DNA of 64,000 nt from an uncultured delta proteobacterium (lineage in GTDB: Bacteria > Myxococcota > Myxococcia > Myxococcales > Myxococcaceae): NCBI GenBank assembly GCA_963713045.1, contig CAVQKE010000001.1, positions 608,001 to 672,000 of the forward strand, in the 5' to 3' direction. The notes beneath the pieces were generated by a model. That model had not been told where the DNA came from. It did no database searches and saw only the letters and a program-made list of their open reading frames with translations. Positions 19,823-29,328 of the stretch are shown piece after piece. How positions within the stretch are numbered: position 1 is the stretch's first letter; every line of letters begins with the position of its first letter. The translations under genes were made by a program, and so were the position numbers.

Positions 19823-22800
19823 ATGACCATCCTCCCGCTCAGCATGCTGTTGCCGTTGCTCGCGGGGGTGTCGGCCCCAACGGACCCCATCAGCCGGACC
19901 ATCGCCGAGCGCACCGCCCAGGCGCTGGCCAAGGCCTCCTCGCCGACTGGGACCGCGGCGCTGCTTCATCTGGATGAGACCCGCGACTACCTGGCCGACC
20001 CGAGTGTGCTCGAGCGCACTTACCAGCGCATTGTGCGGAGCCCCAAGACAGATGCCTTCACCCGCACCAGCGCCCGGCTGCTGCTGCTGCAGTCTTCCCG
20101 CGAGCAAGCCCAGCTCGGTGCCGCTCGGGCCCAGGCGGCGGCGCTCGGCTTCATTCAGTCGGTGTACGCGCTCGGCAGCTTCGAGAACGAGGGCAAGTCC
20201 GGGTGCGACACGGCGTTTGGGCCCGAAGTCTCGCTCGACCTCGCGGCCTCCTACCCAGCGAAGGGGCAACCGGCGCAGTGGCGGCCGCTGAAGCACGCGT
20301 CGCTCGATGGTGCAGTCGACCTCTCGGCTGTGTTACGGCCCAACCGGTCGGTGGTGGCCTATGCGCTGGCCTTGCTTGAGGAGCCAACCCCGCGGCGAGT
20401 GACGTTTGGGCTGGGCACGTCGGGCGCATTCCGCCTCTGGGTCAACGGCGAACAGGTGGCCTCCGACGACGCCTACCACCCGGCGCGGGTGGACCAGACG
20501 CGGCTGTCGGTGCAACTGCGGCGGGGCGTCAACCGGGTGCTTCTCAAAATCTGCCAAGAGGGCGCGGTCCCGCTTGGCTTCTTCCTTCGCGAAGAATCTG
20601 GACGCGCTCACGCCATCCAGCCGGCGGCGCTCCCGCCGCCTGCCGTGGGCGCCGCGCCCAAGCCAGTGCGCCTGCCGACCCTCACTTCGCGACTCGAGGC
20701 GCTGGTTGCCGCACACCCGAGGGATGCCGCCCTGTTGGGAGACGCCGCGGCCGTTTTCGCCGCAGCGCGTGGCTTCGACGAGCTTCAACACGTCGCCACC
20801 CGCCTCGCTGAGAAGGCGGCTGCCCTTTCCGCGGAACAAGGCAAGCCCAGTGCCCCCTTGGAATTGCTCGCGGCGCGCCTGGAGACCGACGACCCGAACG
20901 CGCAGCGCCGTCACCTCGAAGCGGCGGTGGCTGCCGAAGCGGATGACCCCGAGCCCAGCCTGTCGTTGGCGCGACACGAGCTGTCGGCCGGCTACCCGGA
21001 GCGGGCCCGCGCGCTGCTCGCGCGCTGGGACCGCGACTACCCCTCCTTTGCGCCGGCCCAGCTCCTCCTCGGCCGGGTCGAAGAGGAGGAGGGCGACCCA
21101 GCGTCCGCCACCTTGAGAGTCGAGCGCATTTACCGGCAGATGCCGGACCTGGTGGCAGTGGCGCGCGAAGCGGTGCGCTCGGCGCGCCGGCTGGAGCGCA
21201 GTGACGAAGCGGCGGCGCGGATGGAGCGGCTTCTCGCGCGCCGGCCAGGTGACACCTCCACGCTGCTCACCTTGTCTGCCCTTCTGGCGGACCTCGGGCG
21301 GGTGGAGGAGGCCGAGGGCCTCCTGGAGCAGGTGCTGGCCGTGGAGCCCACCGACAACGGCACCCGACTCAGGCTGGCGGAGCTGCTGGCGGCCAATGGC
21401 GCCTTGGAGCGTGGGCTCCAGCGCTTCGAGGAGGCCGCTGCTGTCGCACCGACCGACCCCGAAGTGCCGGAGCGGATGGGGCGTGCGCTGCTGCAGGCCG
21501 GGCGCCGGGACCCAGCCCTCGCCGCCTTCGAGCGCTCGCTGGTCCTGCATCCGCAGAACCCTGGGCTTCAGGAGGCGCTCAGGACGCTGCGGGACGAGCT
21601 TCGCGCACTACCGGTTGGCTTCCTGGTGGACCCGGCCACCTTGGTGGCGGACGCCGACAGCTACCGAGAGGACGCCATCACGCTGGTGGACAACACCTTG
21701 GTGCGAGTCCAACCCAGCGGCCAGTCGACTCGCTTCGAGCAGCGCGCTGTGAAGGTGTACACCCAGCGCGGTGTCGACGCCTTCCGGACACTGCATCTGG
21801 CCACCTACAGTCCGGGCAGCCAGGAAGTGCGCGTCATCCGCGCCCGCATCACGCGGCCCGACGGCTCGGTGGTGGACACCTTCGGAGACAGCGACGTCAG
21901 CGTCAACGAACCGTGGACCGGGATGTTTTACGACGTGCGCGCCCGGATATTGAGCTTCCCCACCCTGGCCCCTGGGGATTTGCTGGAGGTCCAGTTTCAG
22001 GTGGACGACGTCGCCGCGGAAAACCTGCTCTCCGACTATTGGGGTGACCTGGTCGCGGTGGAAGGGTCAACGCCCAAGCTGCGCTGGCAGTACGCCGTGG
22101 AGATGCCTCCTGGCAGGCGGCTGTATTGGAATGAAAAGACGCTCGGCCCGGGCGTGAAGGTGATGGAGGCCCCGGCACCCGACGGCCGAACCCTGTACAG
22201 CTTCTCGTCCATTCGCGTCCCCCGCCTCACGGCCGAGCCGGCGATGCCGGGGTGGTCCGAGGTCGCCTCCACGCTGAGTGTCTCCACCTACCGCACCTGG
22301 GACGAGGTGGGGCACTATTACTGGCGTCTCATCCGCGACCAGCTGCGCCCAGATGCCTCCATCCGGGCGGCCGTCGAGGAGGCATTGCAGGGGGTGGACC
22401 GCAACGACCGCCGGGCGGTGGTGCGAGCGCTGTACGGCTACGTCGTCTCTCGGACGCGCTACGTCGCCCTGGAATTCGGCATTCACGGCTACCAGCCCTA
22501 CCGCGTCGACCGAGTGCTGGCCCGACGCTTCGGGGACTGCAAGGACAAGGCGTCGCTTCTTCACGCCATGCTGGAAGTGGCCGGCGTGGACAGTCGCATC
22601 GTCCTTTTGCGGATGCGTTCTCTGGGCGCGGTGCCGTCCGAACCAGCGTCTTTGGCCGTCTTCAACCACGCCATCCTCTGGGTTCCGTCGCTCGACTGGT
22701 ATCTCGACGGAACGGCGGAGTTCCACGGCGCGAGCGAGCTGCCCGGTGGGGACCGCCAAGCGAGCATTCTGGTGGTGGAGCCAGATGGCCCGAGCCGCTT

Positions 22801-23476
22801 CACCACCACCCCGCCAGCCGCGGTCGATGGCAACGTCACCGACTTACACCTGGAGCTGGCCCTCCGGCCGGCCGGCACCGCTGACGTCAAGGCGGAAACC
22901 CACATTCGGGGGACCGACGCACCGGCCTACCGGCGAAGCTACCAGACGCTGGCCACCCGCCGGTCCAACCTGGAACGGGCCTGGTCACACGCCTTTCCCG
23001 GACTCTCGGTGGGCGAGGTCACCGCCGACGGCCTGTCCCAGCTCGAGCGTGACGTCACGTTGGATTTTCAAATGCACGTGCCCCGCTACGCCGAGGTCAG
23101 CCCCGCCGGCCTGCGCTTTCTCCCCTTCCCTGGCGCGAGCGGCTACCTGCAGGGCCTGGCCCCGCTGGCCGAGCGCAGCCGCGATTTGCTGCTGGACGGG
23201 CCCACGGTGAACCGCTTCCACTTCCTCTACCAACTGCCGCGCGGCTACGTGGTGGACGAAGTGCCTGATTCAGTGACGACAGAGACACCCTTTGGCCACG
23301 CGGTGTTCGGCTGTCGCGCCGCAGCCGAGGCCCTGGAGTGTTCCGGTGAAGTGGCGGTGACGACGGCCCGGGTGGCAGCCAAGGATTACCCGGCCTTTCG
23401 AGCTTTCCTCGCCGAAGTGGACCAGGCTTTCGCGCGAAAGGTGCTGGTGCGGCCGACGAACTCGGCGGTTCGCTGA
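19823..23476 (+). CDS. TPR + DUF3857 + transglutaminase-like domain protein
   Basis: Signal peptide, TPR repeats, RYVALEFG, GDCKDK...FNHAI...YLD (Cys-His-Asp); start uncertain. Confidence 0.88.
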   Translation: MTILPLSMLLPLLAGVSAPTDPISRTIAERTAQALAKASSPTGTAALLHLDETRDYLADPSVLERTYQRIVRSPKTDAFTRTSARLLLLQSSREQAQLGAARAQAAALGFIQSVYALGSFENEGKSGCDTAFGPEVSLDLAASYPAKGQPAQWRPLKHASLDGAVDLSAVLRPNRSVVAYALALLEEPTPRRVTFGLGTSGAFRLWVNGEQVASDDAYHPARVDQTRLSVQLRRGVNRVLLKICQEGAVPLGFFLREESGRAHAIQPAALPPPAVGAAPKPVRLPTLTSRLEALVAAHPRDAALLGDAAAVFAAARGFDELQHVATRLAEKAAALSAEQGKPSAPLELLAARLETDDPNAQRRHLEAAVAAEADDPEPSLSLARHELSAGYPERARALLARWDRDYPSFAPAQLLLGRVEEEEGDPASATLRVERIYRQMPDLVAVAREAVRSARRLERSDEAAARMERLLARRPGDTSTLLTLSALLADLGRVEEAEGLLEQVLAVEPTDNGTRLRLAELLAANGALERGLQRFEEAAAVAPTDPEVPERMGRALLQAGRRDPALAAFERSLVLHPQNPGLQEALRTLRDELRALPVGFLVDPATLVADADSYREDAITLVDNTLVRVQPSGQSTRFEQRAVKVYTQRGVDAFRTLHLATYSPGSQEVRVIRARITRPDGSVVDTFGDSDVSVNEPWTGMFYDVRARILSFPTLAPGDLLEVQFQVDDVAAENLLSDYWGDLVAVEGSTPKLRWQYAVEMPPGRRLYWNEKTLGPGVKVMEAPAPDGRTLYSFSSIRVPRLTAEPAMPGWSEVASTLSVSTYRTWDEVGHYYWRLIRDQLRPDASIRAAVEEALQGVDRNDRRAVVRALYGYVVSRTRYVALEFGIHGYQPYRVDRVLARRFGDCKDKASLLHAMLEVAGVDSRIVLLRMRSLGAVPSEPASLAVFNHAILWVPSLDWYLDGTAEFHGASELPGGDRQASILVVEPDGPSRFTTTPPAAVDGNVTDLHLELALRPAGTADVKAETHIRGTDAPAYRRSYQTLATRRSNLERAWSHAFPGLSVGEVTADGLSQLERDVTLDFQMHVPRYAEVSPAGLRFLPFPGASGYLQGLAPLAERSRDLLLDGPTVNRFHFLYQLPRGYVVDEVPDSVTTETPFGHAVFGCRAAAEALECSGEVAVTTARVAAKDYPAFRAFLAEVDQAFARKVLVRPTNSAVR

Positions 23477-23512
23477 GAGGGCCTCGCCCTCCCGAAGCCC
23501 GGGGCGGGGGCG

Positions 23513-24778
23513 TCAGGCCAGGTAGGGGATGGTCATCGGGCCCTCGGGGAGGACCGCCACCGGCGCATCCTGACCCAGCCTGGCCAACTCCTCTGCGATG
23601 CGGCCACTGGGGTTGTCCACCGGCTCGAGGAAGGCCCGGCGAACTTCCTCCGCCGGCAGGGCGCTGTACAGGCCAACCCGTGCTTTGAGGGCGATGATGG
23701 CGTGCAGCTGCGCCTCCCACTGGTCGTAGAGGGAGAAGCCCGGCGTGAGGATGGTGTCGAGCAGCGCCCGAGGCGTGGGGTGCTCGAAAAGCAGCTTCTT
23801 GTAATTGCCGTGCGTCGGAAACCCGTCATTGCAGCGCGACGCCGTGAGGATGAAGCCGTCGTTGCGCACCACTTGCGCGCCAGCCGACATCCCCTTCACC
23901 GTTTGGTAGAGGTTTTGGTCCAGCGGATAGCCGGCGTTGGTGGTGACAACCACTGGGAAGCTGTCCTCGCAGGCGACCATCGCCGTCTCGCGTGCGAAGG
24001 CGCACCCGCGCGCGTGGGCGGCGAGCACTTCACCGCAGAAGAAGGCGGTAATCTGGCGGCGCCGGTTGAGCGTCAGGTTGACCAGGAAGTCGACCGGCAC
24101 CAGCGCACCGCAATGGCGGATTTGCTCTTGGGTGGGGTTGGCGTCGAGATTTCCCCAGGTGCTTCGCGCATCTCCAATCACCGCGGCGCGGTGGTAGTGC
24201 ATGATGCTTTCAATGTCGGCCACAGCCGGGAAGACGCCCTTGTAGCCACCGGAGAAGCCGGCCATGAAGTGCGGTTCGATGAAGCCGAGGACAATCCGCC
24301 GGTCGGCCTCGACGTAGGGCCGCGCCATCCGGACCAAGCGGCCGTCCAGGCTCCTCCCCACCTCCACCAGCGTGGAGTCATCGTGCGCGTCGTGGTTCAC
24401 CACGCGGTAGCGTGAGAGGACGTCCGTCCCGACCATCTGCGCCAGCTCGGCGGCCGTCTGCACCCGGTGGCTTCCGGTGCCATTCACCACGGTGATGTGC
24501 TCGGCGGGAATGTGGTCGAGCTCCGCGAAAATCCACGGCAAGAGCCGCTCGCTCGGAAGCGGACGGGTGATGTCGGCGATGACCACCGCCACCCGGTCTC
24601 CGGCGCGCACCGTCTCGCGCAGCGGTTTCCCGCCAATCGGGTCGCGAACCGCCGCCCGGAAGGCCGCGGCCTCATCCGCTAAGCCTGGGACAAAGCGCGG
24701 CGTGATGACCTGGACGTGGGACGAGGGCACCTCGAGCTCCAAGCCCTCGGTGCCGTACTCCAGATGGACTCTCATCAC
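23513..24778 (-). CDS. larA: LarA-family nickel-pincer-dependent racemase/epimerase
   Basis: DITRP, GTGSHR, NHDA, EPHFMAGFSGGYK, GYPLDQNLYQTVKG. Confidence 0.88.
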   Translation of the reverse strand: MMRVHLEYGTEGLELEVPSSHVQVITPRFVPGLADEAAAFRAAVRDPIGGKPLRETVRAGDRVAVVIADITRPLPSERLLPWIFAELDHIPAEHITVVNGTGSHRVQTAAELAQMVGTDVLSRYRVVNHDAHDDSTLVEVGRSLDGRLVRMARPYVEADRRIVLGFIEPHFMAGFSGGYKGVFPAVADIESIMHYHRAAVIGDARSTWGNLDANPTQEQIRHCGALVPVDFLVNLTLNRRRQITAFFCGEVLAAHARGCAFARETAMVACEDSFPVVVTTNAGYPLDQNLYQTVKGMSAGAQVVRNDGFILTASRCNDGFPTHGNYKKLLFEHPTPRALLDTILTPGFSLYDQWEAQLHAIIALKARVGLYSALPAEEVRRAFLEPVDNPSGRIAEELARLGQDAPVAVLPEGPMTIPYLA

Positions 24779-24868
24779 TTCACCCCAAAGCAGCCAGACG
24801 GGTGGTAACCCCCGAGGGAGGACACACTAATCCCGGCGAAAGTCGCCACACCAGCCAGTGACGCGGCT

Positions 24869-25273
24869 TCACGGCGAGCGCGACGGCGCGGCAGCCACTT
24901 CCGAGCGCACCAAGGTGAGCAGGTGCTCCAGCTCGAAGGGCTTGTGCAACAGGCCGACCACGCCGGGGGCAGCGCGGAGCTCCGGCGCTAACTCGCTCGC
25001 CGACATCAGCACCAGCCGGTGGTGTTTCAACCAGGGACGGGCACGAAACTGGCGCATGAACTCCACCCCATTCATCACCGGAGTCCGCACGTCGAGCACC
25101 ACCAGACACGGGTCGCTCAGTCCCTCCAGAAGGCTCAAGGCCTGCTCTCCGTCATTCGCTGAGAGGACGGAGTAGCCCTCGTCTTCGAGGTAGTCCTGGA
25201 TTGCGTCTCGGACGCCCCGGTCCTCCTCGACGAGGACGAGCTGCGGGCGCTTCAGCGGAGAGGTGTCTGTCAC
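24869..25273 (-). CDS. single-domain response regulator
   Basis: LVLVEED, LVVLD..TPVMNG, LMSA, LHKPF. Confidence 0.88.
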   Translation of the reverse strand: MTDTSPLKRPQLVLVEEDRGVRDAIQDYLEDEGYSVLSANDGEQALSLLEGLSDPCLVVLDVRTPVMNGVEFMRQFRARPWLKHHRLVLMSASELAPELRAAPGVVGLLHKPFELEHLLTLVRSEVAAAPSRSP

Positions 25274-25445
25274 AGGGCCCCCCCATAGGGCGAAAGAAAG
25301 GCGGAAATCTCCACACCCAGCGGTCGGGAAGCAAGCGCCGAGTCCGAACAATTTCTCTGTAGGGAACCTGAATACGTTCTGCGCAGATGGGCGCAACGGC
25401 GAGCCGCCCCGGCCAACTTCCCTCGTCCGGAGCAGCCACCACCGG

Positions 25446-25862
25446 TTAGGCCTGCGTCACGGAAAGCAGCCGAGCCGCTTCGCCCAGCTGCCCGAAGACG
25501 ACGGCCAGTTGACCGAAGCGCCGGGCGAGCGCGACCGCGCCCGTGGCCTCCAAGCTCAGCACGCAGACGCTTTCTTCGCGCCATCCGCCAGCATCTGCCT
25601 TGCCCTCAGCAGGCCAGCTTGCCAATCCGAGCTCCTCGACGACGCGAAGCAACTCGGCTTGCGCCAGAGCGTTCTGCTGGACGCTTCTCGGAAGCGAGCC
25701 TGGATTCCAGGCGGTGAGGAAGGCCCAGCAGCTGGCCCCGGCCGCCGACAGCTCGACGTCGAAGGCCGGATGACGGGCGCCGATGCGCAGCGCGTGCACG
25801 CCTTGCGGCGCCCGCACCACATACGCCGTCTGGAGGTAGGCCTTGCGGAGTCCTGGAGTCAC
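25446..25862 (-). CDS. DUF3293 domain protein
   Basis: AY..T.Y, FLTAWNP.S, W.EES, FGQ.A motifs. Confidence 0.85.
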   Translation of the reverse strand: MTPGLRKAYLQTAYVVRAPQGVHALRIGARHPAFDVELSAAGASCWAFLTAWNPGSLPRSVQQNALAQAELLRVVEELGLASWPAEGKADAGGWREESVCVLSLEATGAVALARRFGQLAVVFGQLGEAARLLSVTQA

Positions 25863-25991
25863 GAAGGGAGTTCAGCCGGCGAAGCGATTTGCCAAGGGCA
25901 GGCCTCACCCGGTGGGGGAAGATGCCTTCTTAGAAGCCCACAACGCACAGACCTCGAGATGATTGCGCCCGGGGCCCCCGGCGGTGCGCGG

Positions 25992-27248
25992 CTATTCCGA
26001 GCGCATCGCTTCCACCGGGTCCAGGTTGGCCGCCCTGGACGCCGGGTAAATGCCAAACACCAGCCCGACAGCGGACGACATGGCCAGAGCCATGGCCACC
26101 GCCCAGGGGGGCACGGCGGTCGGGAAACCCAGCGCCCAACGACCGAGGAAGGCCACGAAGAAGCCGAGGGCCACCCCGGCCAGTCCGCCTAAAAGCGACA
26201 ACATCACCGCCTCGGTCGCGAACTGACTGAGAATGCGCCCACGCCGAGCTCCGAGGGCTTTGCGCACACCAATCTCGTGCGTCCGCTCGGTGACGGAAAC
26301 CAGCATGATGTTGAGGATGCCAATTCCTCCCACCACCAAAGACAGCAGGCAGACGCCAAAGCTCGCTGCCGTGACAACCGCGGAGATTTGGTTGAAGGTG
26401 GCGGTGGCGGATTCGTTGGAATAGATGGTGAAGTCGCTCTCCTCATCTGGGCGCAAGTTGTGCCGGTGGCGCATCAGCAGCTCCACCCCATCCTGGGCCC
26501 GTTGAAGGCCAGCCGAGTTCCACGCCTGCATGCTGATGTTGAGCGAGCGGTTCTTTCCGAAGAGTTCGAAAAAGACAGGAATCGGGATGACCACGCTGTT
26601 GTCGTACCCAGGGCCGGCCAAGGAGCCCTTTCGGGTCATCACCCCAATCACTTCGAAGCTCCGTCCTTTGAGGCGAATCTCCTGGCCCACCGACTCGAGG
26701 TCTCCAAACAGCAAGTCGGCGACATCCGGACCAATGACCATCACCTGGGCAGCGGACTGAATTTCCGCTTCGCTGAAAGTGCGGCCCTTGGCCATTTCAA
26801 AGGCGTTGGTGTCGAAGAAGTTCACCGTGCCGCCAGCCAAAATGACGTTGGGCTGCGTCTCGCGCGATGCCGTCGACAGCTTTTTCGCTCCGTCCCAGGC
26901 TTCGGCCGTCACCTTGGCCACGTCCGGGACGTGCTTTTCGATGGCGAGAAAGTCTTCGAAGCTAATGTTGGGTCTGCGGTTAATTTTGTCGCTGTCGAAG
27001 TTGCCGAAACCCTGCGGCCATTTCTGAAGCTGAAAACCGTTGGAGCCAAGGGCCGCGAGGTCCTGGTCGACTTTCCGGCGCAATCCCTCAAGCAACGCCA
27101 TCATCGAGACGACGGTGGCCACTCCGATGACGATGCCGAGCAGCGTTAGTACGCTGCGCAGACGGTGCCCCCAGAATGTCCTCAAGGCCAGCCGGAAGTT
27201 GTCGGCGATGGTGCTCGTCCCACGAAGCCATCTGCGAGCAAACTCCAT
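25992..27248 (-). CDS. MacB/FtsX-type ABC transporter permease
   Basis: RS.LTLLGIVIGV, VGGIGILNIMLVSVTERT.EIGVRKALGA, FGIYPA..A..LDP. Confidence 0.93.
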   Translation of the reverse strand: MEFARRWLRGTSTIADNFRLALRTFWGHRLRSVLTLLGIVIGVATVVSMMALLEGLRRKVDQDLAALGSNGFQLQKWPQGFGNFDSDKINRRPNISFEDFLAIEKHVPDVAKVTAEAWDGAKKLSTASRETQPNVILAGGTVNFFDTNAFEMAKGRTFSEAEIQSAAQVMVIGPDVADLLFGDLESVGQEIRLKGRSFEVIGVMTRKGSLAGPGYDNSVVIPIPVFFELFGKNRSLNISMQAWNSAGLQRAQDGVELLMRHRHNLRPDEESDFTIYSNESATATFNQISAVVTAASFGVCLLSLVVGGIGILNIMLVSVTERTHEIGVRKALGARRGRILSQFATEAVMLSLLGGLAGVALGFFVAFLGRWALGFPTAVPPWAVAMALAMSSAVGLVFGIYPASRAANLDPVEAMRSE

Positions 27249-27265
27249 ACGAAGTCTCCCGGGGC

Positions 27266-28258
27266 CTACGCGCTCAGCGGGGGCGCGCGGAGGTTCAGCG
27301 ACTGCCCTCTGTTCTGGCTACCATCCTCCCACGGGACGACCGGGTAACCCAGCCGCTTCCAGCCGGCGTAACCTCCCTCCAGGGGGCGGACCCGGTGAAT
27401 GCCTCGTCGCTTCAGCTGGAGCGCCACCCGGGCGCTCGTCCATTCGCTGGGTCAACTGCAGTAGAGGACGAGGTCACGGTCCCGCGGGATTTCCGAATGC
27501 CGCGCTGGCAGTTCTGACGGCGAAAGGTGGAGGGCACCGGGCAGGGTGTACGGGTCCTCGAGCAACTCCCGGCGATGCCGCAGGTCCAGGAGCAGCGGGG
27601 GGCTGGGCCGGGAGAGCACGACGTGAAGCTCATCCGAGCCAATGCGGGCCACATGAAGCTTGCGACGCACCCGCTCGCGCTGCAACACCTTGAACAGCAG
27701 CCACAACGCCAGGCAGGCCGCCGCGACGCCGAGGATGGAGAACCCGTACGTCAGCGCGAGGCGCAAGGCCCAAGTCACTTGGTCGCCGAAGCCATAGCCC
27801 AGCCCCACGAAGGTGCCTGCCCAGAGCAGGTCCCCAAGGACGTCCAGGGAGAGGTACTTGACGAGCGACATGCGGGACAAGGCTGCCAGCGGCGGGGCAA
27901 TCGTCGTCAAACCGGGGATGAAGGGTGCCACCACCAGCGCTCGGCCACCGAAGCGCTCGAAGGTGCCCTGGGTGCGTTGGACGCAGCTGTCCGGCTCGAG
28001 GCTGATGCGGCAAAGCACCCGCAGCACACCGTAGCCCCAGCGGCGCCCAGCCAGGTACCAAGCCAGATGGCCGACAGCGGCTGCCAGCGCGGCCAGCGCG
28101 ATGACGGCCGTCAAGGACGGTGGACCGGAACGGGACAGCGCACCCGCTGCGAGCAGCCATGGAGTGCACGGGATGGGGAGTCCCATCTGCTCAAGGAGGA
28201 CGGCAAGAAACACCACCGCCGTGCCGTTTTCTCGGAGAAACTGGATGGACTCATTCAC
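27266..28258 (-). CDS. DedA/VTT-rhodanese fusion selenoprotein (C-S-U-P; UGA at 27452-27454)
   Basis: DedA domain (LEQMGLPIP, LCRISLEPDSCV, PFIPG) plus rhodanese; read-through of TGA gives LVLYCS-U-PSEWTSARVALQLKRRGIHRVRPLEGGYAGW, completing the domain, stop TAG at 27266. Confidence 0.88.
27413..27449 (-). promoter_or_regulatory. candidate bacterial SECIS element
   Basis: GAGCGCC/GGCGCTC 7-bp stem, loop CGGGT starting 21 nt after the UGA, lower stem CAGC/GCTG. Confidence 0.7.
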
Positions 28259-28332
28259 CGCGCGTCTTGGATGTCTGAGAGTGGCCTAGGTTGCAAAGAC
28301 CGCGGCGCCTCAACCCGCAGGGGACGACTTTC

Positions 28333-29148
28333 TCAGTCGATGCTGTTGCGTTGACGAATCCGCGCCGCCACCTGCTGGCGTTGGGCTGGTGTCAGGATGG
28401 ACGTGAGGGCACGGGCAAATGCGACCAGGCGCTGGGACTTGCCCTGCAAGTCCCAAGCTGCTGTCACATTGGCGACCACCGGCTCGAAGTAAAGGGTGGC
28501 AAAGGCCTGACTCAGCCCGCCCAACTCCTTGCGCCGGCGGGTGGCCTCCTCCTGGAGGTCCGGAGCGTAGGTGTGGAAGCTGTCGATGATGGTGGAGCGA
28601 ATTTGCGCGGCTTGCGCGTCGGTCAGCCCAATCCCGGCCATCAGCCCATCCACGCGCTGTTGGAGTTGGTCCCGCTCACTCTTCGAGTGTCCTTGCTGGC
28701 CGGCGATGCCCTGGCTGATGGTGCTCGCCACGGTCTGCCGTTGCTCGACGGTGAGCCCGGAGTGCAACTGGCCAAGCGCTTGCACGACCGCCGGACCGCG
28801 GGCCTCGGCGGCAGCCACGATTTGTTGGATGACCGCTGCGATGCGGTTGTCGTCGAAGGTCCCGGATGAAATGCCCTCCACCACCAGCCCGAGCAGCTCG
28901 CGCCGTGCGACCTGCACAGGCTCCGACTGAGCGCGGAGCGTCTGACTCAGTTTCAACAGAAGGCCCTGCTGTTGATAGGACAGCGTCAAGGCGGAAGTGG
29001 CATTGAAGAACCAGGCGGCGCTTCCCTCGTCCAACTCCTGGCGCAAGCCAGGAGCCGGGACGGTCGTCCCGACTGGCGTCGTGGCGCACCCCGCGGCGGC
29101 CGCGAAGCAAGCCCAGCCCAAAAACCCCAAACCGCCTGTTGCCGCCAT
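28333..29148 (-). CDS. hypothetical lipoprotein (helical, Spy/CpxP-like repeats)
   Basis: Lipobox AAAGC; LTxEQR / LTDAQ / LTPAQR repeats. Confidence 0.6.
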   Translation of the reverse strand: MAATGGLGFLGWACFAAAAGCATTPVGTTVPAPGLRQELDEGSAAWFFNATSALTLSYQQQGLLLKLSQTLRAQSEPVQVARRELLGLVVEGISSGTFDDNRIAAVIQQIVAAAEARGPAVVQALGQLHSGLTVEQRQTVASTISQGIAGQQGHSKSERDQLQQRVDGLMAGIGLTDAQAAQIRSTIIDSFHTYAPDLQEEATRRRKELGGLSQAFATLYFEPVVANVTAAWDLQGKSQRLVAFARALTSILTPAQRQQVAARIRQRNSID

Positions 29149-29328
29149 CGCCCCTCCTGAACCCACCGCTCGCCGCGCCCGACGCCTGCAGGCTACCCGA
29201 CGCCGCGCCCAGGTTTTCGGCTTATTTCTCCTCCCGGGGGGGGGCGCCACCGGGTCCCACTTCGGCTTTTCGGGGGAGCGACCCCGCAAGGGCCGCCCCG
29301 GGGTGAAAGAAGTGAGGCGACGTAGTAG

